The translations under genes and the position numbers were made by a program. 64,000 bases of DNA, taken from the NCBI RefSeq assembly GCF_009914755.1, contig NC_060929.1. The stretch is one strand, 5' to 3'. Positions 1-13,202 of this stretch are shown here, piece by piece; the first letter of the stretch is position 1; every line of letters begins with the position of its first letter. The notes below the pieces were generated by a model. It ran no database searches, was not told the DNA's origin, and saw nothing but the letters and a program-made list of their open reading frames with translations. Source of the stretch: the human T2T-CHM13v2.0 reference genome, Homo sapiens.

Positions 1-95
1 AAGCGGGGGTCTGTGTTTCCTCCCCTTGAACCTGGGCAGGCTTTTGTAACTGCCTTGACTCACTGAAAGTGCAGAAATGGCAGTGCGCAAGGAGG
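1..95 (+). mobile_element. MLT1 (MaLR LTR) fragment cut by window edge
   Basis: ttcctccccttgaacctgggc..ttgtaactgccttgac..gcagaaatggca resembles the MLT1F/G/H 5' part. Confidence 0.5.
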
Positions 96-656
96 AATGC
101 AGAGTTAGAAAGGAAAAGTCTAGATTTCGGGGTGTTTCCTGCAGAGAACAGAAACCCTCCCTGGGAGGAGACACTGCTGTGGCTTTTACTTTTCTGGTTT
201 TACACTGTGGTCCTATTCACTTTTCAGATTTCTTCATTAAAACCTTCCCCCAAAGAGGAAAGCCTATGTCTAGGAACCACCCTGACAAGTTAAAGCTGAG
301 GTGAGAACTGAGTGCTCCATAGCTTCCAATTCAGGCAGAGTTTTAGTCATTTTGGGGGAGCCTGTTGACTCTGGGAGAAAGGCCTAGAGCTCAGATTATC
401 CTGGGGTTGTGGGGGCTGGGAACAGGAGCTTTGAGTGACAGTATACAGGGGAATAGTGACAGCTCCCCTTTGCCTGAGGGGCAGATGGACTCCTAGCACC
501 CAGAACCCTAGACGCAGAATGGCGCCCATGGGGGTGAGTGGTCGAGAGGCACACAGAGAGAGCTGGATTTCTGCCCCTTGACTTTCCCCTCCCTGAGAGC
601 TCCAGGTTTCCAAGAAAAAAGGTCCTCACCACAGTTCTAAAAATAATAACTATCTT

Positions 657-943
657 GGCTGGGCACAGCGGTTCACACCTGTAATGCCAGCACTTTGGGA
701 GGCTGAGGTGGGAGGTTTGCTTGAGCCCAGGAGTTGGAGACCAGCCTGGGAAACATAGTGAGATCCTGTCTCTACAAAAAATACAGAAAACTTAGCCAAG
801 CGTGGTGGCTCCTACCTGTAGTCCCAGCTACTCAGAAGGCTGAGGCAGGATGATTGCTTGAGCCCAGGAGTTGAAGGTTACAGTGAGCTATGACCACACA
901 ACTGCACTTCAGCCTGGGCAACAGAGAGAGACCATGTCTCAAA
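657..943 (+). mobile_element. AluJ
   Basis: Full dimer ggctgggcacagcgg...gaccatgtctcaaa with J-type ttgagcccaggag in both arms. Confidence 0.95.
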
Positions 944-984
944 CACATACATTCAACACATACATACATGCCTTATATGTGCAA

Positions 985-1192
985 ATCACTTTACATACTG
1001 GGAGGCAGTTTCATACATGTGACTTTTTTTTATTTTTCCAATGACCCTGTAAATAAACCAGAGAATTGTATCATCGTCATCATCATCTTAATGTTATGTT
1101 TAAATAAACTGAGAGGGTGAATAAAGGCTTCACCCAAGGTCACACAGTAGCAGGTGGAAATGCCAGTGGGAAAACCAGGTATTCTGGCTTCG
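985..1192 (-). mobile_element. MIR
   Basis: cccaaggtcacacag core (reverse complement of MIR ctgtgtgaccttggg). Confidence 0.6.
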
Positions 1193-1699
1193 TGAGTTTT
1201 CTTTCATTGCATTGCATACTTGATCCGTGGAGGGGTGGGAGTTTGGGGCACACAGCAGATCAATGGCAGAGCTAACTTGGGGGAGAGGCACCTTTCACCC
1301 CTCAGATTGCCCCCAGAAGGTAGCTGTCTCTTTGGCTGGCAGCATGGTGTTGATTCTATGTGAGAATAAAATGTCCTGGGCTGGCCACCTCTGCCCCACC
1401 TTTGTCCCCCTACCTCCACCACCCCATGACTCCCCAGCCCCTATCAGAAAAGAACCATTCTCAGTCATTTACACCCTCATTACCATTTAAGGGCTTATGC
1501 TTTCTCTTTTAGCAATATTTGCTTTTAAATCTTATCGCTTATTATGATTTTTGTCTCCTGGAAAACATGGTTTCTGGCATCAGTAAGCTGATAGAAAAGC
1601 ATTATCTCAGGGGCAGGGTGGGAGTGAGTGAGAGAGATTTTATAGACACCCTCCTCGTGTGTCAGCAGATCCTAGCTACTTGAATCACAGCAAGTCACT

Positions 1700-2095
1700 T
1701 ATCAAATATCTGAGTGCTGGATGCCCGGGACAGAGTGATGAATAGAAAGTGGTCCATGCAGGTGCTGGGATACAGCATGAAGAGAGTGCAGTTCATGGCA
1801 GGGGCCACAGACTGGTGGGCGAGACAGGCAAGGAAGCAAGTAATTATGATCTGCTAAGTGCTACTATAGCTGTAAGTGTTCAGGGTGCCTGGGAGCATGA
1901 AGTAACTGGGGTCGGAGTGGGGTGGAGGTGATGTTGTTTGGCGGAATCTGGAAAGGTAATAGAACTTCCCTTTATTGAATATCTTAGTCCAGATACTCTA
2001 GACAAGCAAATCTGAGGGATCGTGTGCTCAAACCAGGGCAGGAGTGTGACCTTAGGGAAGAAGGCATGAGGGAAAGGGCGTGCGGTGGTGAAGGA
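1700..2095 (-). mobile_element. L2 3' region
   Basis: gtgctgggatacagc...gagacaggc...ctaagtgctact resembles the reversed L2 tail. Confidence 0.5.
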
Positions 2096-2500
2096 GGAGA
2101 GTAACGTGAAGGAATGTGTTACGGTTGTGACCACCGTTCTGCAGCAGCCCTGTAGGCTACTCCATCTTGCTGGACAGTCCCAAGAGGTCTTACGGACCTC
2201 TGCCGCCTGAGCAGGGCTCTACAGGAGGGCAAACACCTCTTCTGCTTTTTTCCCATTTTGAGTCCCCCAGTAGCTAAGCTTGCTCCATGGGGAGTCACCT
2301 TTTGTGCATTTCTAGTTTGAGTCACATGCCCTGCAGCTGGCAAGTCTGGGGGTGATGGGAACTGCCAGAGATGGCTGGTGTCAGCCATAAGGGCAAGCAG
2401 AGATCTAGCAGCCAAGATGCCAGCAGAGACTATAAAAGGAGTCTCTTTGAGATGTCGGAGCATTTGCACACAGTGGATTGTCAAATCCTCACAATGGCCC

Positions 2501-3008
2501 TGTGTTGTTCATTGAATTGTGTACCCCAAAAAGATAGGTTGAAGTCCTAACCCCTGGTACCTGTGAATGTGACCCCATTTAGAAATAGGGTCTTTGCAGA
2601 TGTAATCAAGATGTGTTTAAGATGAGGTCATGCTGGAGTAGGGCAGGCCCTTAATCTGATATGAATGTTATCCTTTAGGAAGAGAAGAGATACAGAGGCA
2701 GGTGCACATAGAGAGGAGAATGCCACATGAGGACACAGATGCACGGGTGAATGCTCTGTGATGATGGAGACAGAGACTGCAGGGGCACATCTACAAGCCA
2801 AGGAATACCAAGGACTTCTGGCAACACCAGAAGCTAAGAGAACGGTGTGAAATGGGTTCTCTCTGCGAGCCTCTAGAGAGAGCATGGCCCTGCCAACACC
2901 TTGATTTTGGACTTTGGTTTTAGAAGTGTCAGAGAATACATTTCTGTTATTTTAAGCACCCCCGCCCTTTATGGTACTTTGTAACGGCAGCCCCAGGAAA
3001 TCAAATGA
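2501..3008 (+). mobile_element. MLT1C solo LTR
   Basis: gaattgtgtaccccaaaaagata..gttgaagtcctaacccc..ccctgccaacaccttgattttggac..gcagccccaggaaa. Confidence 0.85.
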
Positions 3009-3154
3009 AACAAGGATCTTGCATTTTCACAGCTAATAATTAGAGGAGCTGGGGTCTGAAGCCAGGTTTGCCTGTTGCTTAGATTTGATTTGAAAAATGG
3101 TGAAGGCTTTGCAGGGGTGGGATGGGGGAGACCAAAACATGTTCATGTCTGTGG

Positions 3155-3761
3155 GTAAATTGTAGGTGTATATATTTTTGAGGTACATGAGATATTTTGA
3201 TACAGGCGTGCAATGCATAACAATCACACCAGGGTAAATGGGGTATCCATCACCTCAAACATTTATCCTTTGTGTTGCAAGTAATCCAATTCTATTCTTT
3301 TAGTTATTTAAAAATGAACAATTATTATTATTATTTTACTATAGTCGCTGTTGTGCTAGCAAACACTAGGGCTTATTTATTCTTTCTATTTTTTTGTACC
3401 CATTAACTATCCCCACTGACTACCCTTCCCAGCCTCTGGTAACCATCCTTCTACCTCTATCTCCATGAGTTCAATTGTTTTCATTCTTAGCTCCCACAGA
3501 TAAGTGAGAACATGTGATGTTTGTCTTTCTGTATCTGGCTTGTTTCACTTAACATAATGACCTCTGGTTCCGTCCATGTTGTTGGAAATGACAGGATCTC
3601 ATTCTCTTTTATGGCTGAATAGCTCTCTATTGTGTGTATGTACCACATTTTCTTTATCCATTTGTCTGTTAATGGACACTTAGTTTGCTTCTAAGTCTTG
3701 GCTATTATGCATAGTGCTGCAATAAGCATAGAAGTGAAGATAACTCTTCAATATACTGATT
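3155..3761 (-). mobile_element. L1MA 3' end (5'-truncated)
   Basis: ggtacatgagatattttgatacagg..ccagcctctggtaaccatccttcta..gtaccacattttctttatcc. Confidence 0.9.
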
Positions 3762-3812
3762 AAAATAAAAAATTAAAAAACAAGGTGGTGCTCCCTCACA
3801 CACACAAGAGAG

Positions 3813-4111
3813 CAGCTCTGTCCAATACAGAGGCCTTGTGGCTACTGAGTGCCTGAACTGTGGCCAGTCTACACTGAAAGGGGCTGTGTGTGAAAAATAC
3901 GTACTGGGTTTAGAAGACCTAGCACAGAAAAGAATGTAAAGTATCCAATTACTAATTTTTAATATTGATGACATATCAGAATGATTATATTTTGGATATA
4001 GTGGGCTAAATAAAATATATCATTAAGCTTCCTTGCACCTGTTAAAAAAAGCAACCACAAGAAAATTATAGTCACATATGTGCTTGTGGGATTTCTGTTG
4101 AACAGCACTGC
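3813..4111 (-). mobile_element. MER33 (hAT-Charlie MITE)
   Basis: Terminal inverted repeats ctgtccaata / tgttgaacagcactg; internal gtggctactgagtgcctgaactgtggc. Confidence 0.75.
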
Positions 4112-4112
4112 T

Positions 4113-4248
4113 CTGGAATGTGAGTTCTTTGAAGGCAGAGACCATCTCTGTACTGCTGACTGTGGTCCAAGAGCCAGAGCAGGGCCTGACATACAAGAGT
4201 TTCTCAACACATAATTGTGGATAATTAAATGAATGAATAAACGAATGA
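4113..4248 (+). mobile_element. L2 3' tail
   Basis: gaatgtgagttctttgaaggcagagac...aatgaatgaat. Confidence 0.7.
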
Positions 4249-4454
4249 CCAAATCCAATCCAACTCTGAATCTGCTCGTCTGGTCCCTGTGAACATAGGA
4301 TTGGATGTAATTTTCACCTTGCCTTGTCTCTCTGGGCAGTTCTTCAATGGCTGAGGCTTACAGAGAGAATGCATGCCGCACAGTGCTAGCTAATGGAGAG
4401 GCTGGATGTGTGGTGGAATTTGGAGAATAAAAATGGCCAGAGTATTTCCAACCA

Positions 4455-4680
4455 CAATGGCAGTGACCACTTACTGGATACAAATTCTGTGCCTGGCATC
4501 ATTCTAGGCACATTATATGGAGTGACTCATTTTAATTCTAACAACCTATGACATCAGTCCCACCATCAACTCTATTTGACAGACAGAGGAAATTAAAGCT
4601 CAGACAGATAAAATTATGCCCCCAGGGTTACAGAGCTGTTTTTTTTCCGAGTTCTGTCTGACATGACACTTGCACTCTTC
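4455..4680 (-). mobile_element. MIR
   Basis: ctcattttaattctaacaacctatga..gaggaaattaaagctcagacaga. Confidence 0.7.
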
Positions 4681-4926
4681 ACCACCATCACAGAACACAG
4701 AGAAGAGGGGACTGGGGGTTCTGCCAACACAGGGTGACACTGAACCAGGTCTGTTCAATTCTGAGGCCCCAGCTCCTGAAAGCAGGTGGCCCCAGCCCTC
4801 CAGGATTTGGAAGACTCATTGTCTGTGTCTGGTACCGTGGAGCATTTGGCCACATATCGTCTGTGCATCTAGACAAGTCCTGGCCATGCATCCAGCCATA
4901 TCTTGCCCATGCATCTTCTTCACCAG

Positions 4927-4973
4927 ATGGCGGGACCACCCTCTGTACCTATGATGTGGCAATGACTGCACAG
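4927..4973 (+). other. Candidate non-coding exon (47 nt)
   Basis: Acceptor catcttcttcaccag| and consensus donor CAG|GTGAGT; no transcript evidence. Confidence 0.3.
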
Positions 4974-4987
4974 GTGAGTGAGCATTC

Positions 4988-5351
4988 CCTGTGTTGGAGG
5001 AGGGGCCTGGTGGGCGGTGGTTGAATCATGGGGGTGTTCCTTCATGAATGGTTTAGCACCATCTCCCTTGGTACTGTCATCGCGATAGTGAGTGAGTTCT
5101 TGTGAGATCTGGTTGTTCGAAAGTGTGTAGCACCTCCTCCTTCTCTCTTGCTCCCACTCCCACCATGTGAGATGTCTCACTCCCCCTTTGCCTTCCACCA
5201 TGATTAGAAGCTTCCTGAGACCTCCCCAGAAGGAGAAGGAACTATGCTTCCTGTACAGCCTGCAGAACCATGAGCCAATTAAATCTCTTTTCTTTATAAA
5301 TTACCCAGTCTTAGGTATTTCTTTACAGCCTCGGGAGAATGGACTAATACA
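4988..5351 (+). mobile_element. MSTA-type MaLR LTR, 5'-truncated
   Basis: catgaatggtttagcaccatc..cctgcagaaccatgagccaattaaa..ggactaataca. Confidence 0.9.
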
Positions 5352-5984
5352 ATGGGCAATCCAGACTGAGCAAACCAAAGGGGAAAAAGCACAAAGATAT
5401 AAACCTATGGTTTACATTTGGGGAAGTAAGTAGTCCAGAGTGGCAGTGGTATGTGTGTTTGAGGTGGGTGGACAGAGGGAACATCTTATGGAGAGAAAGC
5501 ATCAGGGAAGGGGGCTGGAGGCAGATTGTATGAAAATCTGAAGGCCAGGTAAGGGGCTTGGACTCTCTCTGGGGTCCCTGAGGAGCAGGGATAGGATGGG
5601 CATTGCTGAATGCTGCCAAGTCTGTTTTGGCTGTTTAGTGGAGAACCGATTAGAGGCAGGAGGCCAGATGCTGTTTGAAGCCAGTTCATTCTGTGTGCTC
5701 ATGGTAAGTGGGCATTAAGAGTAGATGGCACAGGAACTGTGTCCATCTGCATGTCTTCCCTTACAGCTCTATGGAAAGACTTGTCCCATGTAGGTCCCAG
5801 CAGCCTCATTTTCAGGAGTTAGTTTGCTAACAGGTGCAAAGCTTTCTGGGAATCAAGCAAAATTACAATGAGTCTTCATATAATGGAGCACGTAATGGAA
5901 TTATCTTCCACCTGATCTTGGGACTTCCTTTCCACCCAAGCTCTTTGTACAGCAGGTCATCTGTGGGCCCTAGGAAGCAGGCAG

Positions 5985-6420
5985 AAATAACAGCAAGCAG
6001 GCACCTGCTAAGTGTCAGCCACTGTTCAAGGCTCTTGACATGTGTTAACAACTTTAGTTCCCACAATGTATCATGGAGACAGGAGCAATTGTTATCCCCA
6101 TTTTACAGATTAGACAATCAGATAGGTCAAGTGACTCGTTGAAGGTCACACAGCCAGTGAGTGGAAGAGCTGGATTCAAACTCCAGAGACCACAGTCTTA
6201 ACTGCTATCTTGTATTGCCTCTCCCTTTTTAGATACGATACTTATTATTTCTACAATGATCACAGCTCCTTATGAAATCGGTAATACCATTACTTTTCAG
6301 TTTATAGATGAACAAACCAAGGTTCAAAGAGGATTCATAGTTGTCACAGGTCACACAGCCAGAAAGTGGCTGAGCTAGAACTTGAACCCAGGTCTGTCTG
6401 ACTTTGTAGCCTCATCCCTG
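5985..6420 (-). mobile_element. Two MIR fragments
   Basis: ccccattttacagat..aaggtcacacagccag at about 6100-6160 and again at about 6300-6400. Confidence 0.7.
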
Positions 6421-7014
6421 TTTTCCAGGAAGGGGTGAGGAAAGAGGAGAGAAGGTGAATGCAGGGGCCTGCCTTGTGATTCCTCACCAGAGGGCAGGCA
6501 TCCTCCAGCCTATGATGTTTGGGTCTCATGTCTCCATAAGAATGAGATTTTTTGTTTTCATAATTTGAAAAGTCCACAGTAGGGCACAAACATCGTGACT
6601 CTACCCTTGGCCACATCCACCTCTTCTCTTGGCCAGGCCTTTGGCTCTTTCAAGTTGTGACAGCAAAGCCCTGTCTCAGAGCTGGAGCTTGTAAATTTCA
6701 GGGCTCCCATCTGGGTCTGGAGGATAGTGGTTTCAGGGAGTGGTTTCTTTATGTGCAAAGAAAACTGCTATTCAAATCCCATCTCACTTCACATTTCAAA
6801 ACTCTGCTCATAGGCCAGTGTGTGTGCACATCCGTGATTGTCAACAGGCATCCAGGGATGGGGCGGGAAGTGATGCTCCATGGCCACCATAGGTCAGATA
6901 GGAACTGGGAGGCTGACATATAATGAATTAGGCGTTGCTTCATTTTCTGATCAGCATCACCTTCAGCTGATGCTCATCTAGCAAGGCTGCCTTTGAGGAA
7001 ATCTGAGCAGTGTG

Positions 7015-7225
7015 TAGTAATAACATATTTGAGCACTCATTACAAGCCAGGAACTACATTAAGCATGATATACACACCACCTCACTTAGTGCTCAAACAA
7101 TGCTATCACAGATTTCATTACCCCTGGTTGAGAGATGGGGAAACCAAGTGGCAAAGTGGGTTGCCCCATGGCTGAGGCAAGATTCGGACCCAGGTCAGAC
7201 TCTTTAAGTGTACAAATTGAACACC
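7015..7225 (-). mobile_element. MIR
   Basis: taacatatttgagcact..agatggggaaaccaag. Confidence 0.6.
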
Positions 7226-7227
7226 TG

Positions 7228-7975
7228 TATCTCTGACTACTGTGTGAAAAATAGAATGTAGGAGAGCAAAGATGGATGCAGAGAGACCAGTTAGGAGGCA
7301 ACTGAAGTAGTCCAGGTAAGACAAAACAGTTGCTTGGACTAAGATGGTACTATGGAAGTAGTAAGAAGTGGGTGAATTCAGAATATAGTTGAAAGAAAGG
7401 CAAAACAACAGGGCTTGTCAATGGAGTGGAGGTGAGCCATATGGGAAAGAGATGAATCAAGGATAAGACCTAGACTTTTGGCCTCAGCAACAAAGTACAA
7501 GGAGGTGCCGTTTAGTGAGATGGAGTTGTTAAGGGCAGGAGAGAGTTTGGCGGTGGGTGTCCAGAGTTAACTTGGTGGGTCAATTAGACAACCATGTGGA
7601 GACATGACCAGGGGAGAGGTGGGGGAAGGAGGTGTGGATTTGTCACCAGTTTATGGATCCAATTTAAAGTCTTGGGGTGGGTGGATGAGATCATCAAATG
7701 GAGGATTATAAATAGAAAAATAGCCAAGGGCAGAACTTTGTAGAGCCTAACAATTAAAGGTCAAGTTGAGGAGGGGTAGTGGGCAGAGGAGACTGAGAAG
7801 GAATAGCAGCAGGTAGGAGGACAACCAGGTACTGATCAAAGAGGAACCATGTTTTAAGAAGGAGGGGTGATCATCTGCTCACTGGCACAGAAGGTCAAGT
7901 AAGACAAGGAGACAGTTGGCCAGTGGCTTTGGCAAAGTATAGCCCATTGTTGACTTTGACATTTCAGGAGGAATG
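7228..7975 (-). mobile_element. L2 ORF2/3' segment
   Basis: gagaccagttaggaggc..gtagtccagg..gaatcaaggat..ttttggcctcagcaac..gagactgagaaggaatagc. Confidence 0.8.
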
Positions 7976-8059
7976 AATGGTTTAGACCTGTCATGTTGGC
8001 TGTCCTTGAATTTCTGGGCAAGAATTCCCAAGATTATGGCGCCTAGAGATGGCAGAGCT

Positions 8060-8250
8060 GACATTCAGACAGTCCCAGGTTTGAACCTCAGATCTGCCAG
8101 TAGCTGTGTGACCTTGGGCAGTTACTATCCCTTCTTGAACTTCATTTTCCTCATCTATGCAATGGGAGTGATAATGCTTACAACTTGAGGCAAGGATTGA
8201 ATGAAATAATAAGTAAAAACATAAAGCAGCAAATACTTAGGAGGTATTAG
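8060..8250 (+). mobile_element. MIR
   Basis: tagctgtgtgaccttgggcagtta..ttttcctcatctatgcaatggg. Confidence 0.75.
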
Positions 8251-8261
8251 ATATTTTTATT

Positions 8262-8586
<325 letters not shown>

Positions 8587-8789
8587 TAAAACCATTGTTA
8601 GCACAAGAGTGATACCTATATTTCTGAGAAAAACCAATGACCTAATTTTGAGCAGAGCTTTATTAATGCCAGGGAATCTGACGAAAAATTCTTTGAGGGT
8701 TGAGACATTCTTTTCCCTGTGCCACCCCAAATGTCCAGCACCTAAGTAGATTTAATCCAATCAGGTCAATCCCTATTCTGAGCAGTTTT

Positions 8790-9340
8790 ATATTGCTCCC
8801 TAGGAAGAGACCTAGATCCCTACCTGGGCTCACAAGACTGGGTAGTCTGGTTCCACCTACCTGTGCTGCCTGGTCACACACCATACTCCCCCGGCGACTC
8901 TCAGTTCCCCAACGACGGCACTGTGCTTGGTCCATGCGCTATGGGGCGCTGCACATTCTGTTGCCTCCCCTACACACTTCCTTCCCTGTCCTCTTCCCTG
9001 TGTTCATTTCTTCTTGTCTCCTGGGGCAGTGGTTACTTCCCCAGGAAGCCCTTCCTGAACTTCTGGACCAGGTCGATTCCTTTCTTAGAGGCTACCAGAG
9101 CCCCTGTTCCTCTCCTTCCTGGCACTTAACATATTTCTGGTCATACATTCTTGGTGCACATCTTAGTTTAACACCTGACTTTATCACTAGACTCTAAGCA
9201 CATGGGGGCAGGAGCAGACCTGTTTTGCTCACCAGTGTGTGCCTTGTATTGAGCCCAGGGCCTGGTACACAGTAGGAGGGCAACACATAATTGTGGACTG
9301 AGTGAGTGAGTGGGTATTTAATGCAATGAATACATGAGCA
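8790..9340 (+). mobile_element. L2 3' region
   Basis: cttccccaggaagcccttcctga..ctagactctaagc..gcctggtacacagtagg..gagtgagtgagtg. Confidence 0.65.
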
Positions 9341-11739
9341 GATGGCTTTCCCTTTGTAGAGCAAAGCAGGTGTCTCCAAAAGGTTGTTGGAAAGGCAAAT
9401 ATAATACCAAATCCTATTTCATTTACTTTAATTACAATACTAAGGAGTGGAATAAATCTTGCCCTTGAAATGTAATAAAAGCATACTTTAAAATCCCAGC
9501 TGTCTTTTTCACTGGCTTATTTTTAAAAATGATAATTTCCTGATAAGCCACAAGTAAGACCACTTAAAATAGATTCCTGACTTGGCTCGGCCACTAACTA
9601 GCTGCTGATCATAGACAAGTCACTTACACTCTGCATGTCAGCATTTACAGTGTATGGTTCTTGTGAGGCTCTGGGTCGATGGCGTGAGAGCCCTTTGATA
9701 GCAAGCTCTTATTTATTATCCATTATTCTCAGTCTTATTAATAATAAGAAGGAACAGGCTGCGTGCCAGAGATAGTTGAGTAGATTTGCAGGGCTGGAGG
9801 ATTGAGGCCACAGAGAAAAATGAAAAGAAATAAGATTGGTTGAGAAATATTTAAGGGGGGGGGGTTGGGAAATGAAGGGTGGAGGGGACCAGAGACAATA
9901 ATGGCTGGGGGTTTATGTCTATCAGGCTGAGTAAAAGGTGGGGCTGTTGGTGACCTGAATAAAATCCCTCTCATGGCCAAATTCTTAGAAACTGCACAGG
10001 GAAGGAGAGAAAGGAATCAACTCCTTGGCTCACCATGTGGTGGCATAAGAGAGATGCCGAGTGACTCCCAGGTGACCTTGGCTGATCAGAGCTGTGGCTC
10101 TGAGGTCGGGGAGGCTGGCAGCTACTGGTGAGGAGGGTGAAGCTGGTGGTGCTTGGTCCACCAGGCAAATTATGCTGCCCAGCGCAACCTGAGCTCCACC
10201 ACTAGGAGGGGACACAGAAGCCCCCAGGCCTGGGAGAAGGAGCAAAGCCAGCAGGACAGGGAGGGGAGGGGTGTGGAATCCAGGCCTTCAGGGCTGGGCA
10301 GAAAATGGAAAAAATTGGGCAGCCCAGAGGCGATGGGGTCTCGAAGAGCCCAGCCCAGTTAAAGGGCAGCAGCACGTCAGCAACAAGCAGCTTGCGCTGT
10401 GTGAGGATGCGGCACCCACCGTCTCTATCTAGCTTTTCCAGAGAGGCTGCGCGTCCTTAGTTTTAAATGTGGAATCATGCCATTTGCAGAAAAACAAAAA
10501 GCAACCAAGCAAACAACAACAACAACACCTCTGCAGGCCAAACAGGACAGGTCTGATGACTGTGCCTGGGCTGCTCTTTTGTGATCTCATTTGATGCCCC
10601 ACTTCGGGGCTCCAGACAGGTCCCTGCCCTCCCCGTTCCGGGGTGGGGATGGAGAAGACCATTTGACTCTGTGGGAAAGGGTCCTGTAAGCTCACCTAAC
10701 CCATCTTCCATCTTTAAGAAAACCACTAGAAGTGAACAAACATAGAGTAAAATGTCAGCTCGCCGTAGGTGCTATGAATAAAGATAATGCAGGGTCAAGG
10801 GGAGAGAGAGTGATGGAAGCATTGATTTTCGGTTGGACGACCAGGAGAGGTCTCTGTATCCTTCCTCCTCCTGCGCTCTCAGCGGCTTAACAAGATTTCA
10901 CCAGGTTTCCCGGGCTTCATTCATAGGTGCTAATGAGCAGCTGGGGGTTGACTGAGTAGCTACAGTAATCCAAAAGGGCTTCCCTTCCACCCTCTACATC
11001 CCTGGCCTTAGAATTAGCCTCAGCCCCAGCAAAGGTAGCAGGTGCAAAGCCAAAATCCTGATTACGAGTAAGTATTTTTGCCTCTACAGCTGGAAGCAGC
11101 TGGCCGCTGAGTCTGGGATGGGAGGAGGCTGCATGCTGCAGGACAGCAGCTGGGGGAGGGGAGGAAGCAGGAGCCACCAGCTTCTGGCCATGGTTGTTCA
11201 TCTCCCGCTCAGCCTTACTCAGAGGGCACTTGACAGACATAAGGGATGTGGTCAGTCAGGGCCGGTCCCGCTGCCTCACATATGTCTTCTCTCACCCAGG
11301 TCTCCCTGCCTGAAATCTTATCATCAGACAGTAACTTTCCTGAAAGCTGCAGTGGCATCTCTAAATCTCTTCTTTTCCAAGACAGAAAACTGTGGGAGTT
11401 GTAATGCTTCCCATCTCAAAGAGAAAAAGAGTTCTCACTGTGAGCTGTAAGGCCATCTGTGATATGCAGCCCCAACTCACTGGGATGGCTACATAATTTT
11501 GGGGGCCCAGTGCAAAATGACAAATTGGCCTGCAGCATTATTGCCATCTCCCTGAGCACAGAGATTTCTGTCTTTTTGTTTTGGCTTGATGATGGCTCTA
11601 TCTTCAGTGCCTGGCACCTGATAGAGGCTTACTATTTTGTTGTTAGTGTTGAATAAAAGCATAGTGTTTGAGTCATGATGTGGATGTATTGGTAGGACTT
11701 CTTTCAACATTTATTAAGTTTTTTTGGCATTGGGCTAAG

Positions 11740-11920
11740 GAAGTGGGGTTTCAGCCCTGGCTTCACAGGGGAATTGCTCCAGCAATTCTTAAAAATCCCA
11801 ATGCCAGGCTTTACTTTGGACTAGTTATGTCAGAATCTAGTGGGGGTGTGTGAGGGGCCGTCAGCATTTTCAAGCTCCCCAGCTGATTTCAATGTGCAGC
11901 CAAGTTTGAGGACCGGTGCG
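11740..11920. mobile_element. MER5-type hAT MITE
   Basis: ttcttaaaaatcccaatgccagg..tcagaatct..caagctccccagctgatt..tgcagccaagtttgaggacc. Confidence 0.7.
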
Positions 11921-12094
11921 CTGGCTCAACCGCACTTGCTCTCAGTGGCTGTTGTGTATTGTTAGGCAGCTTGTTAACTGCTCAGAAGGTCCAGGGCCAT
12001 TTTCAGATTTTCCAGATTGTTAAATTTGAGAAGGAGGGTCTGTCCTGTTAATAAGCTTGCCAGGGAATTTTGCTTATACCAAAGTTTGCAAACC

Positions 12095-12545
<451 letters not shown>

Positions 12546-12620
12546 GCTTCTCTGCTTTTTCTTTGTGATAAAAATCTAAGTGTGCTCCAGGAGTTGGTTG
12601 TGAAAATAAAATAAAGATAA

Positions 12621-12787
<167 letters not shown>

Positions 12788-13125
12788 TTATATTGTATAT
12801 TTTGAAGATGGAGAAGTTGGTATTTCTACTCCATGGTGAGGAAACAGGTCCAGCCTGGGGGACTAACTCCCACTCCCAGGGTCTTTGGGGCTTTAAGAGG
12901 CAGAGCTGGGATTGCAGATGTGGGCCATTTTCTCCAGACTCTTAGGTTTTGCAGGTGAATCATTCAACACCTAGGGCATCCCAGAATCCATGTTGATTGG
13001 TGCCTAATAGGCCTGTAACCAATGATGAGAAAGTGAGTGGCGGGAAGGCTGGCTAGGTGAGTGAGTGAACCAGTGAGTGTGAAGGAGTCATTTGTCTATT
13101 TCATGGATTCTTTCTATTTTTCAAG

Positions 13126-13202
13126 TAGAGTTGGATCACTAGAGGGCAATATCGGCCAAGAGAAAGAAGAATTCTTCACCACCGTTTCTAGGACTGGTGA
13201 AG
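13126..13202 (+). other. Candidate non-coding exon (74-77 nt)
   Basis: Pyrimidine tract ttctttctatttttc, tandem AAG/TAG acceptor and donor AAG|GTAAGA; no transcript evidence. Confidence 0.35.

Noticed and set aside
2431-2438. TATAAAAG as a core promoter
   Set aside because: An isolated motif with no supporting promoter or first-exon evidence
8700-9197. Longest ORF (165 aa)
   Set aside because: TTG start, lies mostly within a decayed L2, no recognisable domain
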